Part shown: in pieces, positions 19,207-28,945 of the stretch | Position numbering within the stretch: the stretch's first letter is position 1 | Layout: every line of letters starts with the position of its first letter | NCBI GenBank assembly: GCA_944364615.1 | Contig: CALVWF010000010.1 | Location: 1,388 to 65,387 of the forward strand | Reading direction: 5' to 3' | Source of the DNA: an uncultured Clostridia bacterium | Lineage (GTDB): Bacteria; Bacillota; Clostridia; Christensenellales; CAG-314 | DNA: 64,000 nucleotides | Notes under the pieces: model-generated | The model's database searches: none | What the model was told of the DNA's origin: nothing | The model's input: the letters and a program-made list of their open reading frames with translations, nothing else | Program-made: the position numbers and the translations under genes

Positions 19207-20898
19207 ATGAAATGTAAAATTGCTTGGCGTGAAATGGGAAAAAGCAAGGGCTTTTTTATAATGTGCTGTGCGGTTGCGTTTGTCGGAAGTACACTTGCGT
19301 ATTACGGTATGCGTGTGCTTTTGTCCGCTTACGCTTTGACGCCTTCGGCAGGCAACGCCTACGATTATAAGAACTTTTTTCTTATGGAAGGATGGTTTAT
19401 ATTTGCCATGTCCTTCCTTTTATGTTGCGAAATTTTATTGTTGTCGTTCTTATCGTTGCCTGACGGTTATATGCGTAACGTCGGAGTATTGAAAAAACTC
19501 GGAGCGGATACGGATTATTTTACCGTGTTGCTGTCGGTGCAGTTGATTACGCTTGTTGCTCCCGCTTTGACTGCGGGTATTGCAGTGGGGGAAATTTTAC
19601 TAAAATTTTGCCCCGACTTGCTGACGGGTAGAAGTCTGCCCCTTGCAAAGGCGTTTCCCGCAGTGTGGCGTGTAGTGGTGCTTTATATACTTGCCGTGTT
19701 GCTTATTGCAGTATTGTCCGCGGTGCGTTGCAGTAAGGGTAAACAACCCGGTGTGCGCAGATTGCCATTGGTCAGACTTAGTAAGAAAACAAAAGGGCTT
19801 TCCGTCCGTTTGGGAGCGGTGGCGTTTTTAAGACGCAAAAGATCGATTTTTTCTCAATTGCTTTTGTGCTTTGCAATGGTATTCTTTATTTTGTTTGAAG
19901 GGTGCACGGTGTATTTTGACTTTCTGGACAGGAACTTTTATAGGAGCATATACGACTACTCTGTGACAGTGGACGGTACCGACGGCACAACATTTGCAGA
20001 GGTTACAGACATCGTAAAAAAAGCCGACGAATATGTTTTGTGGAGGCAGTACAGAACTACGGTAAGCGTTGGAGCGTCGGATATCGTTACACGCGCCGAC
20101 GCGCAGATAATTGTGCTGTCCGACAAAGATTTTAAACAACTTGCATTGTATGCGGGCGCGGATGCCGACAGTGCTCAGGCATTGCTGCAAAACTACGTTT
20201 ACGGCAAGGAAACTTTTGACAAGGTGCCCGTTGTGGAGAACCCGTCGACGAACGAATATTTTCTGAACAGTGATTTTAAGTTTAAAATAAGTGCGTATTT
20301 AAGTGACGTACCACAAAAATTCGTGTCAGGTCAAGAAGATTTGTTTGTGTACAAACTGTTTTTTAAGCAGTCGGAGTTTAATTTTATGGGAGACGCCGAC
20401 ATATATACGGCACGTTTTTCCTGCAATGACCTTCAATTTTTGCGTCAATTGACGGACGAATTGCAAGGCTTAAAGGGCGTTGTGCTGACCGATATCGCCG
20501 AAAAATATCGGTCTACTGAAGACATTGCGGTACTCAATGCGGTTTTACCTGCTTTGCTCGTTGCCTTTGTTCCTTTGCTTGCTCTGTCCGTGTTGCTGTT
20601 TTTCCTGCGCGACGTAAAGTCGCTGCGAGAAGAATGTCGCATTTTACGTTCTCTCGGAATAAGCAATTTCGCATTGACAGTAAAGACAATGACGGAGTAC
20701 CTTTTGACGGCAACGCTGATCCTGATTATTACGTCTGCGCCGTCGTTGGCGCTTTTGAGATTTGCGCATTTTTCCGCATTGGGAAACGCGGTACGATTTT
20801 TTGTGCCGTGGCAGGGTTTTGTTTTCAGTGCTCTGTTTGTTTACGGCATTGCCGTAATTGTCTCTTTGATGTCCGCATCAGGCAGAAAAGTCCGTTAA
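19207..20898 (+). CDS. ABC permease with duplicated FtsX-like halves
   Basis: 'VGVLKKLGA' and 'CRILRSLGIS' repeated motifs, each flanked by TM clusters. Confidence 0.7.
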   Translation: MKCKIAWREMGKSKGFFIMCCAVAFVGSTLAYYGMRVLLSAYALTPSAGNAYDYKNFFLMEGWFIFAMSFLLCCEILLLSFLSLPDGYMRNVGVLKKLGADTDYFTVLLSVQLITLVAPALTAGIAVGEILLKFCPDLLTGRSLPLAKAFPAVWRVVVLYILAVLLIAVLSAVRCSKGKQPGVRRLPLVRLSKKTKGLSVRLGAVAFLRRKRSIFSQLLLCFAMVFFILFEGCTVYFDFLDRNFYRSIYDYSVTVDGTDGTTFAEVTDIVKKADEYVLWRQYRTTVSVGASDIVTRADAQIIVLSDKDFKQLALYAGADADSAQALLQNYVYGKETFDKVPVVENPSTNEYFLNSDFKFKISAYLSDVPQKFVSGQEDLFVYKLFFKQSEFNFMGDADIYTARFSCNDLQFLRQLTDELQGLKGVVLTDIAEKYRSTEDIAVLNAVLPALLVAFVPLLALSVLLFFLRDVKSLREECRILRSLGISNFALTVKTMTEYLLTATLILIITSAPSLALLRFAHFSALGNAVRFFVPWQGFVFSALFVYGIAVIVSLMSASGRKVR

Positions 20899-20957
20899 AA
20901 CGTTGTGCCGTTGGGCGCGATGTGATATAATTTCCCTATTACGGAGGACGGTGCAAA

Positions 20958-22856
20958 ATGTTTTTACCCGTGACGCAAGCGGAACTGGGATGTCAGGCTG
21001 ACATTGTATATGTGATAGGGGAGGCGTATGTCGATCATCCCTCTTTCGGTCATGCAATAGTTTCAAGGGTTGTAGAACACGAAGGCTTTAAAATAGCAAT
21101 TTTGCCTCAACCGCAAAGCGACGCGGATTATATGCGGTTCGGTGAACCGCGCTACGGATTTTTTGTGACAAGCGGTGTCGTGGACAGCATGGTCAACAAT
21201 TACACCGTTGCAAAAAAGAGACGCGCGAAAGACGTTTACAGCGAGGGCGGCGAAACGGGCAAACGGCCCGACAGATGTGTGGACGTGTACTGTCACAATC
21301 TCAAACGGCTTTTCCCTGACAGTACTGTGGTTATAGGCGGTATCGAAGCCTCTTTAAGACGGTTTGCGCATTACGACTATTGGGCGGACAAGGTGTTGCC
21401 CGGAATACTTGTTTCTTCAGGTGCTGACCTGCTGATTTACGGAATGGGCGAACGCACGTTAAAGGAAATGTGCAACTCATTGAAACGTGATATACCTCTT
21501 AAAGGGCTCAGGGATTTAAGAGGTACTTGCTACTGCGCCGAGTACAAAGATTTTTCGAAAAAACTGCTACGTGAAATAGAAAAGGGTGAGGCATTGTTCT
21601 GTCCCTCTTTCGAAAACGTATCATCGGACAAGAAAGAATATGTCAAGGCTTTTAACATTCAGTGCCGTAACAACGACGCCTTTGCGGGACACACCCTAAT
21701 ACAGAAACACGGCGACAAATATATTGTGCAGAACAAAATGCAGTTTCCTTTGACGGAAAAGGAAATGGACGAAGTTTACTCATTGCCGTATGAAAGGACA
21801 TATCACCCGATGTACACAAAGGGAGTGCCCGCAATAGAAGAAGTAAAATTTTCTCTCACATCAGTAAGAGGCTGTTTCGGCAATTGCAATTATTGCGCCA
21901 TTACTTACCACCAGGGAAGAATAGTGCAGAAGCGCAGCAAAGACAACATTGTGGCAGAAGCGCAGAAACTCATTGCCGAAAAGGATTTTAAAGGTTACAT
22001 TCACGATGTAGGCGGACCTACCGCAAACTTCCGCAACCCTGCTTGTTCCAAGCAACTGAACCGAGGAGTATGCACCGACCGCAATTGTATAGGCTGGGAA
22101 AAATGTCCCGCGCTGGAAGTTTCGCACGACGAGTACATCGACCTTTTGCGTACATTGCGAGGTCTCGAAGGAGTAAAGAAAGTTTTCATCCGTTCGGGAA
22201 TACGATTCGACTACATAATGTACGACAAGACGGACAGATTTTTGCGCGAACTTGCGGAACACCACGTCAGCGGACAGTTGAAGGTTGCTCCCGAACACGT
22301 TTCCGACAACGTTTTGCGCAGGATGAACAAGCCTTCTTTTTCCGTTTATCTGGATTTCAAGAAGCGGTTCGATGCAATAAACGAAAGATTGAAAAAGAAA
22401 CAATATCTTGTTCCTTATCTTATTTCTTCCCATCCGGGGTGTACGCTCGACGACGCAATAAGCCTTGCGCTTTATCTTAAATCCATCGGCTACATGCCCG
22501 AACAGGTACAGGACTTTTATCCCACGCCTTCCACAAAATCCACCTGTATGTATTACACCGAACTGGATCCTGACACGATGGAACCTGTTTACGTTCCGAA
22601 GACAGCCAAGGAAAAAATGATGCAGAGGGCGTTGATGCAGTACCGCAAAAAGTCCAATTACCGTATAGTAAAGGACGCGCTTACGGAAGCGGGAAGAACC
22701 GATCTTATAGGATCGGGCGAACACTGTCTTATAAGACCGATGCGTGAAGAACGGGCGTCGGCAAAGAGTATTCACGGTAAGACGGCAGGCAAAAGTGCAC
22801 ACAAATTTACACAACGTGAAAGCAAAAACAAAACTCGCAATTTCAAACGCAAGTAG
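20958..22856 (+). CDS. YgiQ-family radical SAM protein
   Basis: 'AYVDHPSFG', 'RGCFGNCNYC', 'HDVGGPTAN', 'SGIRFD', 'EQVQDFYPTP'. Confidence 0.9.
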   Translation: MFLPVTQAELGCQADIVYVIGEAYVDHPSFGHAIVSRVVEHEGFKIAILPQPQSDADYMRFGEPRYGFFVTSGVVDSMVNNYTVAKKRRAKDVYSEGGETGKRPDRCVDVYCHNLKRLFPDSTVVIGGIEASLRRFAHYDYWADKVLPGILVSSGADLLIYGMGERTLKEMCNSLKRDIPLKGLRDLRGTCYCAEYKDFSKKLLREIEKGEALFCPSFENVSSDKKEYVKAFNIQCRNNDAFAGHTLIQKHGDKYIVQNKMQFPLTEKEMDEVYSLPYERTYHPMYTKGVPAIEEVKFSLTSVRGCFGNCNYCAITYHQGRIVQKRSKDNIVAEAQKLIAEKDFKGYIHDVGGPTANFRNPACSKQLNRGVCTDRNCIGWEKCPALEVSHDEYIDLLRTLRGLEGVKKVFIRSGIRFDYIMYDKTDRFLRELAEHHVSGQLKVAPEHVSDNVLRRMNKPSFSVYLDFKKRFDAINERLKKKQYLVPYLISSHPGCTLDDAISLALYLKSIGYMPEQVQDFYPTPSTKSTCMYYTELDPDTMEPVYVPKTAKEKMMQRALMQYRKKSNYRIVKDALTEAGRTDLIGSGEHCLIRPMREERASAKSIHGKTAGKSAHKFTQRESKNKTRNFKRK

Positions 22857-23030
22857 AAAAGACATCGTTGATTGCGCTAAAACAAGCGGGCAACCGAATG
22901 TCTGAATGTTGCTATTTGTATTGTATCAGTTACGATCGGAGTGCCGATTTTATTTACGTTTTAAAAGACCAAGATACATAAGCGCGATTGAAATTTATGT
23001 GCGTAAAGGTAAAATTTTCGGAGGTAAGTC

Positions 23031-23705
23031 ATGGTAAACGTATTGCTTAATTATTACAATTTCCACGAAGACTGGGCATATAAAAATCTGTCGCCCTACA
23101 TCAGACCTGAATGTAAAGTCACAATTGTGCCTTACGCTTACAGAGATTACGAGGTGGCGTGTGACGCCGACTGGCAAAAACTGTACGGTCCAGACGGCGA
23201 AAAGTATCCCAATATAATTGCGCCATTCCTTGCATACGGAATAAGTGAAAAAAATATAAAGTGGGTGAACTTTTTTACCGATGACGGAGAATCTTCGCGC
23301 AGGAAAATAAGCAGTGCGGACATTTTGTTGTTTACGGGAGGACTTCCCGAAAAGATAACTCAACGTTTGCTTGAAAAAGGCATTACCGACGCAGTAAAAA
23401 ATTTCAAAGGCGTGTTGATGGGGGTATCGGCGGGCGCAATGTTTCAGTTGGAACGTTACCACATAACTCCCGACGAAGATTACGACAGTTACGGAATTTA
23501 TCACGGCATAGGATTGCTTGACGGATTTGATCTGGAAGTGCATTACACTCATTCGGAAATACAGCAACAGTGCACACAGCGCGCGTTAAAAGAATTGAAA
23601 TTGCCTGTGTATGCAATGTATCACTGCGGAGGTTTGCTCATTGCCGACGGACATATTACCGTAATGGGAGACGTGGACATTCACATAAACAAAGAACGCG
23701 GTTAA
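23031..23705 (+). CDS. Class I glutamine-amidotransferase-like / peptidase S51 family protein
   Basis: 'LFTGG', 'GVSAGA' nucleophile elbow, 'EVHY'. Confidence 0.75.
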   Translation: MVNVLLNYYNFHEDWAYKNLSPYIRPECKVTIVPYAYRDYEVACDADWQKLYGPDGEKYPNIIAPFLAYGISEKNIKWVNFFTDDGESSRRKISSADILLFTGGLPEKITQRLLEKGITDAVKNFKGVLMGVSAGAMFQLERYHITPDEDYDSYGIYHGIGLLDGFDLEVHYTHSEIQQQCTQRALKELKLPVYAMYHCGGLLIADGHITVMGDVDIHINKERG

Positions 23706-24108
23706 AGTCCGCTGTAAGACAACCGACGTTTGGTCACGGTTTGTATTTGCCGTACGTTGTTGACGGAATTAGGTGACTAAACGTCGCCTTTTGCTATTAT
23801 TGAATGCGGTTATATTTGCGCGACTCGACGGGAGGGAATGTCTGATGTCATTTCCGTATTTAATTGCCGTATTCTGTAAAAGATTATAATGCGTTCTGAA
23901 GGGTGCAAACTTCGGCATGAATTTAATGTATTGCCGTATGTACTGTGTCGCGGAATGCGCAACGCGTACGCGTCGGCATCATTGACAGTCTGTTGCCTAA
24001 CAGTAAAATAAACTGAAAGCATTTTTTTTGACCCGTAGTGTTGTTTTTTAAATATGAGTATGATATAATTTTTTCACGATACTAATGTGAAGGGTGGGAG
24101 TATACCTG

Positions 24109-24963
24109 ATGAAAACAAAAATTACTGCAGACAGCACATGCGATCTTCCTGTCGATCTGCAACAAAAATACGATGTTACGATAATGCCTTTGTATGTTTC
24201 GCTGGGCGAAAAAAATCTCGTGGACGGCGTAAGCATTTCCCCTGAAGATATCTACGAGTACTACGCCGATACTAAGAAACTTCCCAAGTCTGCCGCGCGC
24301 AGTCAGGCGGATTACTTCGATTTCTTCAAGCAGTTTACCGACGATGGGTACGCAATAGTGCATTTCTGCGTGTCGGAATCCATGAGCGTTTCCTACCACA
24401 ACGCGCTCGAAGCGTCCAAACAGTTTGACAATGTTTATGTGGTCAACACCGAAAGTCTGTCTACGGGTATGGCGTTGCAGGTGCTTTACGCCTGCGATCT
24501 CGTCGCGGAAGGCGCAACCGCCGAAGAAGTGTTTACCAAGGTCAAAAAGCGCATACCCGCAGTTCAGGCATCCTTTATACTGAACAATCTCGAATTTTTG
24601 TACAAGGGCGGAAGATGTTCTTCGCTTGCCTATCTGGGGGCAAATATGCTGGGAATAAAGCCGAGCATAGAAGTGCACGACGGAGCAATGGGCGTGGGCA
24701 AAAAGTATATCGGCCGTTTTGCGAGATGTCTGCGTAAATACGTTGAAGACACATTTGAAAAGTTTGACAATCCCGACAAGCGCAGATGTTTCGTCACACA
24801 CACCAAGATGGATCCCGAACTTGTGGAGCAGGTTGTGGAAATGGTAAAGCAAAAAGGTATCTTTAACGAAATACTCGAAACGACTGCCGGATGTACGATA
24901 ACAACACACTGCGGCGAAAGCACGTTGGGTGTTCTGTATATAAACGACGGCGGGGAAAACTAA
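24109..24963 (+). CDS. DegV-family fatty-acid-binding protein
   Basis: 'ITADSTCDLP', 'VVNTESLSTG', 'LYKGGRCS', 'KPSIEV', 'THCG'. Confidence 0.92.
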   Translation: MKTKITADSTCDLPVDLQQKYDVTIMPLYVSLGEKNLVDGVSISPEDIYEYYADTKKLPKSAARSQADYFDFFKQFTDDGYAIVHFCVSESMSVSYHNALEASKQFDNVYVVNTESLSTGMALQVLYACDLVAEGATAEEVFTKVKKRIPAVQASFILNNLEFLYKGGRCSSLAYLGANMLGIKPSIEVHDGAMGVGKKYIGRFARCLRKYVEDTFEKFDNPDKRRCFVTHTKMDPELVEQVVEMVKQKGIFNEILETTAGCTITTHCGESTLGVLYINDGGEN

Positions 24964-24993
24964 GCCGACATTCATTTCATACTGTTTAAAAGT

Positions 24994-25025
24994 AAAGCCT
25001 TGCAGAATAAAATGCAAGGCTTTTT
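24994..25025 (+). terminator. Rho-independent terminator
   Basis: AAAGCCTTGCA / TGCAAGGCTTT stem. Confidence 0.8.
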
Positions 25026-25192
25026 CATTTACATACGCCGACTTGCAAAGCGTAAAAATTTCAAAAGCGTGTATCTTTGGATGTGTTTTTTTTCGATATG
25101 TGTTATAATGCAATTGCGGTAATTACAGACATCGGTTTTGTAATCATCGAAAGAGCAGATTATATTTCGGTAAACTGTTTTTTTTAAATTTT

Positions 25193-25222
25193 CCAACAAA
25201 AATCAAAAACCGTGTGTTTAAT
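25193..25222 (+). promoter_or_regulatory. Putative ECF-sigma promoter (copy 1)
   Basis: CCAACAAAA-N12-GTGTTTAAT, repeated with identical spacing at 27473. Confidence 0.6.
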
Positions 25223-25282
25223 AGTTGCAAACAGACAATTTATTGACACATTTACAGTGTAGCGACATTGGGGGAGAGCAAT

Positions 25283-25810
25283 GTGAACAGGGCTAAACTA
25301 AATAAATGTGTGTTACGCATTAAAGAGGGCGACGAACAGGCATTTGCCGAAATGTACGAAGCCACACGAAGAGGAGTCTTTTCTTACGTTTATTCCATAT
25401 TGCGCAATTTTGCCGTAGCGGAAGAGATAATGCAGGACACTTACATTAACGTAAAATTGAAGATAAGTACCTACAAGGAAGACACAAATTTTACGGCGTG
25501 GTTGTTGCAGATAGCCAAAAATCTGTCCTACAATTATCTGCGTAAAAGTAAACGTGAAACAGTTTCCGACGAAGCGGTGGTGAAAGCGGGCAAAAGTTAC
25601 TCTATACCCGATGAGGGGAAACCTGTAATTTCCGCAATGCGAAAGGTGCTCGGTCAGGAAGAGTTGCAGATAGTACTTTTGCACGTCGTTTCCGGCTACA
25701 AGCACCGTGAAATAGCGGAGTTTTTAGGCAAACCGCTGGGAACAGTGACCTGGACTTATAAAAATGCCGTCAGAAAAACCAGAGAATATCTTGAAAAGGA
25801 GGAAAAGTAA
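25283..25810 (+). CDS. ECF-type RNA polymerase sigma factor
   Basis: Regions 2 and 4: 'AEEIMQDTYI', 'FTAWLLQIAKN', 'GYKHREIAEFLGKPLGTV'. GTG start after SD GGGGGAG. Confidence 0.92.
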   Translation: MNRAKLNKCVLRIKEGDEQAFAEMYEATRRGVFSYVYSILRNFAVAEEIMQDTYINVKLKISTYKEDTNFTAWLLQIAKNLSYNYLRKSKRETVSDEAVVKAGKSYSIPDEGKPVISAMRKVLGQEELQIVLLHVVSGYKHREIAEFLGKPLGTVTWTYKNAVRKTREYLEKEEK

Positions 25811-27127
25811 TTGAAAAACAGAGATTTGTTCAAAAAACTCAATAAAGAATTCGATGAAGTTGTTCCTCCTATGTCGCAAAGGGTAAAGGAAGAGCCCATC
25901 AAAGTTGCCAAACAGGCAAAAACCGCTCAGACCGTTGCACCCGAAAAGACACAACGCAACGGCAGATTTTCCTTTACGTTCAGAGCGGTTGCCGTCGCAT
26001 GTTCCCTTTTGATCGTATTTGTGGCGTTGGCGGTAATAATTCCCAACGTAGGCTATAGGCAAAACGATACGTTTGTTTCCATGAAGATAAATCCCGAATT
26101 TTCATTAGTCGCCGACAGTAAAGGCAAGGTGGTAAACGTAGCGGCGGTAAACCGTGACGCGGAAGTGGTAATTTACGCTTTGAAAGAGGAAGGGCAGACG
26201 ATTGAAGACACCGACATCGAAGAGGCATTGGGACGTCTTGCTACCGTTTCCTATCGACTGGGCTACCGTGCCGACGGACAGATCAGTATTTCCGCGGTAA
26301 GCGTCAGAGGGGATGAGGCAACGGATGAAATATGTCGCTCGGCAAAGGCCGAAGTGGAAACATCCCTTGCCGACATTGCGCAAGTTACCGTCGACGCAGT
26401 GCGCGAAAGCGTCGAAGAACTGAAACAACGCGTTCAGACATTTGCCGACGACGTGCAAGACGATTTGCAATCGCTTGTTTCGGCAATGGCACGGCGCACC
26501 GATTATTTCGGCGAACTTGCCAAGCAGTTTGTGCAGAGCGGATTTGAAAGAGCGAAAATATCTCTTGCCTATACCGCCGATCTGCTGGAAAGTTACATCG
26601 ACACGCTGGAAATTCGTCAGCAGGCTATGTTCCGTTTGGAGGAAATAAACGACGCGATTTCGCAACGCAATTTGTCCTATCGGCAAGGAATACTGTTCAC
26701 GATAGTTTACGACGGATGGGATCTCGCCCAATATATAAGTTACGGCAACGAGGCGGACGAACAGACTGAGGCATTGTACGCTGAGTTTAACGCTCAGTTG
26801 CAGTTTATGGAAAAGGCAGGTCTTGTCGCTACCGAAACTCAGTATATTTCGGACAGGCTGCTGTATTCCGCGGTGGATTTTCAATCATTGCGTGAGGCTA
26901 TGGACAAAATCGAGCGGTTCGTGTGGGATATTGCCGACACTTTATCCTCGGAATTGCAGTCGTTGATCGATCTTACGGTATCCACATTGCTTGCCGGTTT
27001 CAGCGACGAATGGTCTGCCTTGTCGCAATCGGCCGAACAGGTGACTAATGCCGACAGTTACGTAAGCAGTATGTCACAACTTGTCGTTAAAGAATACCAA
27101 TTGCGCAAATCGCTTTATAGCAACTGA
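25811..27127 (+). CDS. Anti-sigma factor with an RsgI-like extracytoplasmic domain
   Basis: Directly follows the sigma gene. Short cytoplasmic N-terminus, one TM, then 'VSMKINPEFSLVADSKGKVVNVAAVNRDA'. Confidence 0.75.
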   Translation: MKNRDLFKKLNKEFDEVVPPMSQRVKEEPIKVAKQAKTAQTVAPEKTQRNGRFSFTFRAVAVACSLLIVFVALAVIIPNVGYRQNDTFVSMKINPEFSLVADSKGKVVNVAAVNRDAEVVIYALKEEGQTIEDTDIEEALGRLATVSYRLGYRADGQISISAVSVRGDEATDEICRSAKAEVETSLADIAQVTVDAVRESVEELKQRVQTFADDVQDDLQSLVSAMARRTDYFGELAKQFVQSGFERAKISLAYTADLLESYIDTLEIRQQAMFRLEEINDAISQRNLSYRQGILFTIVYDGWDLAQYISYGNEADEQTEALYAEFNAQLQFMEKAGLVATETQYISDRLLYSAVDFQSLREAMDKIERFVWDIADTLSSELQSLIDLTVSTLLAGFSDEWSALSQSAEQVTNADSYVSSMSQLVVKEYQLRKSLYSN

Positions 27128-27133
27128 ACAAAT

Positions 27134-27163
27134 GCCCGCTGTAAAAATGCGGGCGTTTTTTTT
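27134..27163 (+). terminator. Rho-independent terminator
   Basis: GCCCGC / GCGGGC stem followed by a T-run. Confidence 0.75.
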
Positions 27164-27472
27164 ATGCTGTTTTTTGCTTTAAAAATCGCAACTGTACGAT
27201 TTGCGTTTTATGAGGTAATTGCGTAATACTCGGTGTAAAAAGTAAAAATTGTGTTTGTGTTGCGAGGTGACGTCACATTCCGCTTCTATTTCATCGATGA
27301 GTGTATTTCGGACGGTAATTGCCCGATTCGGGCGCAATAAAAATAAAGGCGTATCTTTAAAAGCGTTTGTTAAATGTCACAGCGTTGAAATCGATTTACC
27401 TGTTTTTGAAGGTAAAATTTCAAGTTTTGCGTGGCGTCGGCTCAAATAAAATTTAAAAATTTTCTGAAATTG

Positions 27473-27502
27473 CCAATAAAACCTGATTTTGCCGTGTTTA
27501 AT
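27473..27502 (+). promoter_or_regulatory. Putative ECF-sigma promoter (copy 2)
   Basis: CCAATAAAA-N12-GTGTTTAAT, 63 bp before the lipoprotein start. Confidence 0.6.
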
Positions 27503-27565
27503 GGGTGAAAATACGTTCAAAGTGTTGCAGCAAGTGGCACAGAGAACTTAAAAGGAGATAATACC

Positions 27566-28945
27566 ATGAAAAAGACAGCAATGATTTTGGCAGTAGTGAT
27601 TTTGTCTTTAAGCGTTCTTGCGGTAGCCACAGGTTGCAATCCGACTGAAGCGCAGGCAGAAAGTTACGTTGTGGTGGACATAAACCCGTCGGTGGAGTTC
27701 GTGCTGGATTCAGACAATAAAGTTTTGTCCGTCAAAGCGGTAAACGAAGATGCACAGGTAATGCTGTACGGCGAAAAAGGTATAATAGGACTTAGTGTAG
27801 AAGACGCATCCCGTCGTATTGCCGAACTTGCGGTTGAATACAAGTACGTAAAGGAAGACGCAACGATAAGCGTCACCGTTACGGGTAAAAATCACAATAC
27901 CGAAGACAGCATTTACGCTCATATCGAAGCGGGATTCCTTCCGGTGTTCGACAAGACGGACCTCGAAGTTGCTCTTACCAGAACAGCCAATATTATGTAC
28001 GAAAAACGTCTGGAAATGCTTAAACAGCGTTACCCCGACAACGCCGACATTCAGGCAATGGATTCTGCGAAGTTGCGCCTTGTAGACGCAGCGATGCTTG
28101 CGGATTTCTCACTTGACCTTGAAGAAGCGGCGGCTATGACAAACGAGCAACTTGCCGCGGTTGTGTCAGAGGCTCACGAAAAATACAGCACGATGATACG
28201 TGCGGTAGCGGAAACTGTTTATGACGCAGCGGTGGCAACCTATGAAAATGCAGTGCAGACAGCGTTGGACAGTGCATATATTACCGTAAGTCTTGTCAAC
28301 GGTACGAGATATTCCGCTTTGCGTGCGGCACACCGCAGTATACTGACAATTGCCGAGGCGGCGGAAAAGTTGGCGCAACTGACGGGAATTACCGACGAAC
28401 AGATAGAAGAAATCGGACGTCAACTGCAACTGGAAGGTGAAAAACTTACTCAGTTTGTGGAAGAAGTAAAGAATCAGGGCAGTCAGTCTGTTGTGGAAAG
28501 CGTCAATTATGTTGTAGACAGAATGTATGCCAATATGACCGACAGCGAAAAAGAAGCGTGGGATCAATACGTTGAAAACGCTCAGGCAACGCTCGATCTG
28601 TACAGACAGGAAATAGAAGAAATTGACAGTAGCGTCAAGTCACAGTTGAAGGCAGCGCTGGCGCTGGTGGAAGGATTTACCGGACTGGATTTCAGCGAAA
28701 TAAACACCTTTGCCGATTTCTATAATCAGGTACTGGACGCAATGGAAAACAAGATTGCCGAACTGGAACAGTGGTTTGAAGAAAATCTGACGGCGGAAGA
28801 GAAGCAAAAGGTAGCCGAATTGCAGGAAAAAATGTCCGACACAATAGAAAAAGCGGAACAGACTCTGAACAACGCTATCGAGCAACTCAGACAGGAAGCG
28901 GAAGAATTCTTCACAGCCAAACAGCAAGAAAGATTGTCAGCCTGA
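27566..28945 (+). CDS. Lipoprotein with an RsgI-like domain and a helical C-terminal region
   Basis: Signal peptide with lipobox ...VATG-C24, then 'YVVVDINPSVEFVLDSDNKVLSVKAVNEDA'. Confidence 0.75.
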   Translation: MKKTAMILAVVILSLSVLAVATGCNPTEAQAESYVVVDINPSVEFVLDSDNKVLSVKAVNEDAQVMLYGEKGIIGLSVEDASRRIAELAVEYKYVKEDATISVTVTGKNHNTEDSIYAHIEAGFLPVFDKTDLEVALTRTANIMYEKRLEMLKQRYPDNADIQAMDSAKLRLVDAAMLADFSLDLEEAAAMTNEQLAAVVSEAHEKYSTMIRAVAETVYDAAVATYENAVQTALDSAYITVSLVNGTRYSALRAAHRSILTIAEAAEKLAQLTGITDEQIEEIGRQLQLEGEKLTQFVEEVKNQGSQSVVESVNYVVDRMYANMTDSEKEAWDQYVENAQATLDLYRQEIEEIDSSVKSQLKAALALVEGFTGLDFSEINTFADFYNQVLDAMENKIAELEQWFEENLTAEEKQKVAELQEKMSDTIEKAEQTLNNAIEQLRQEAEEFFTAKQQERLSA

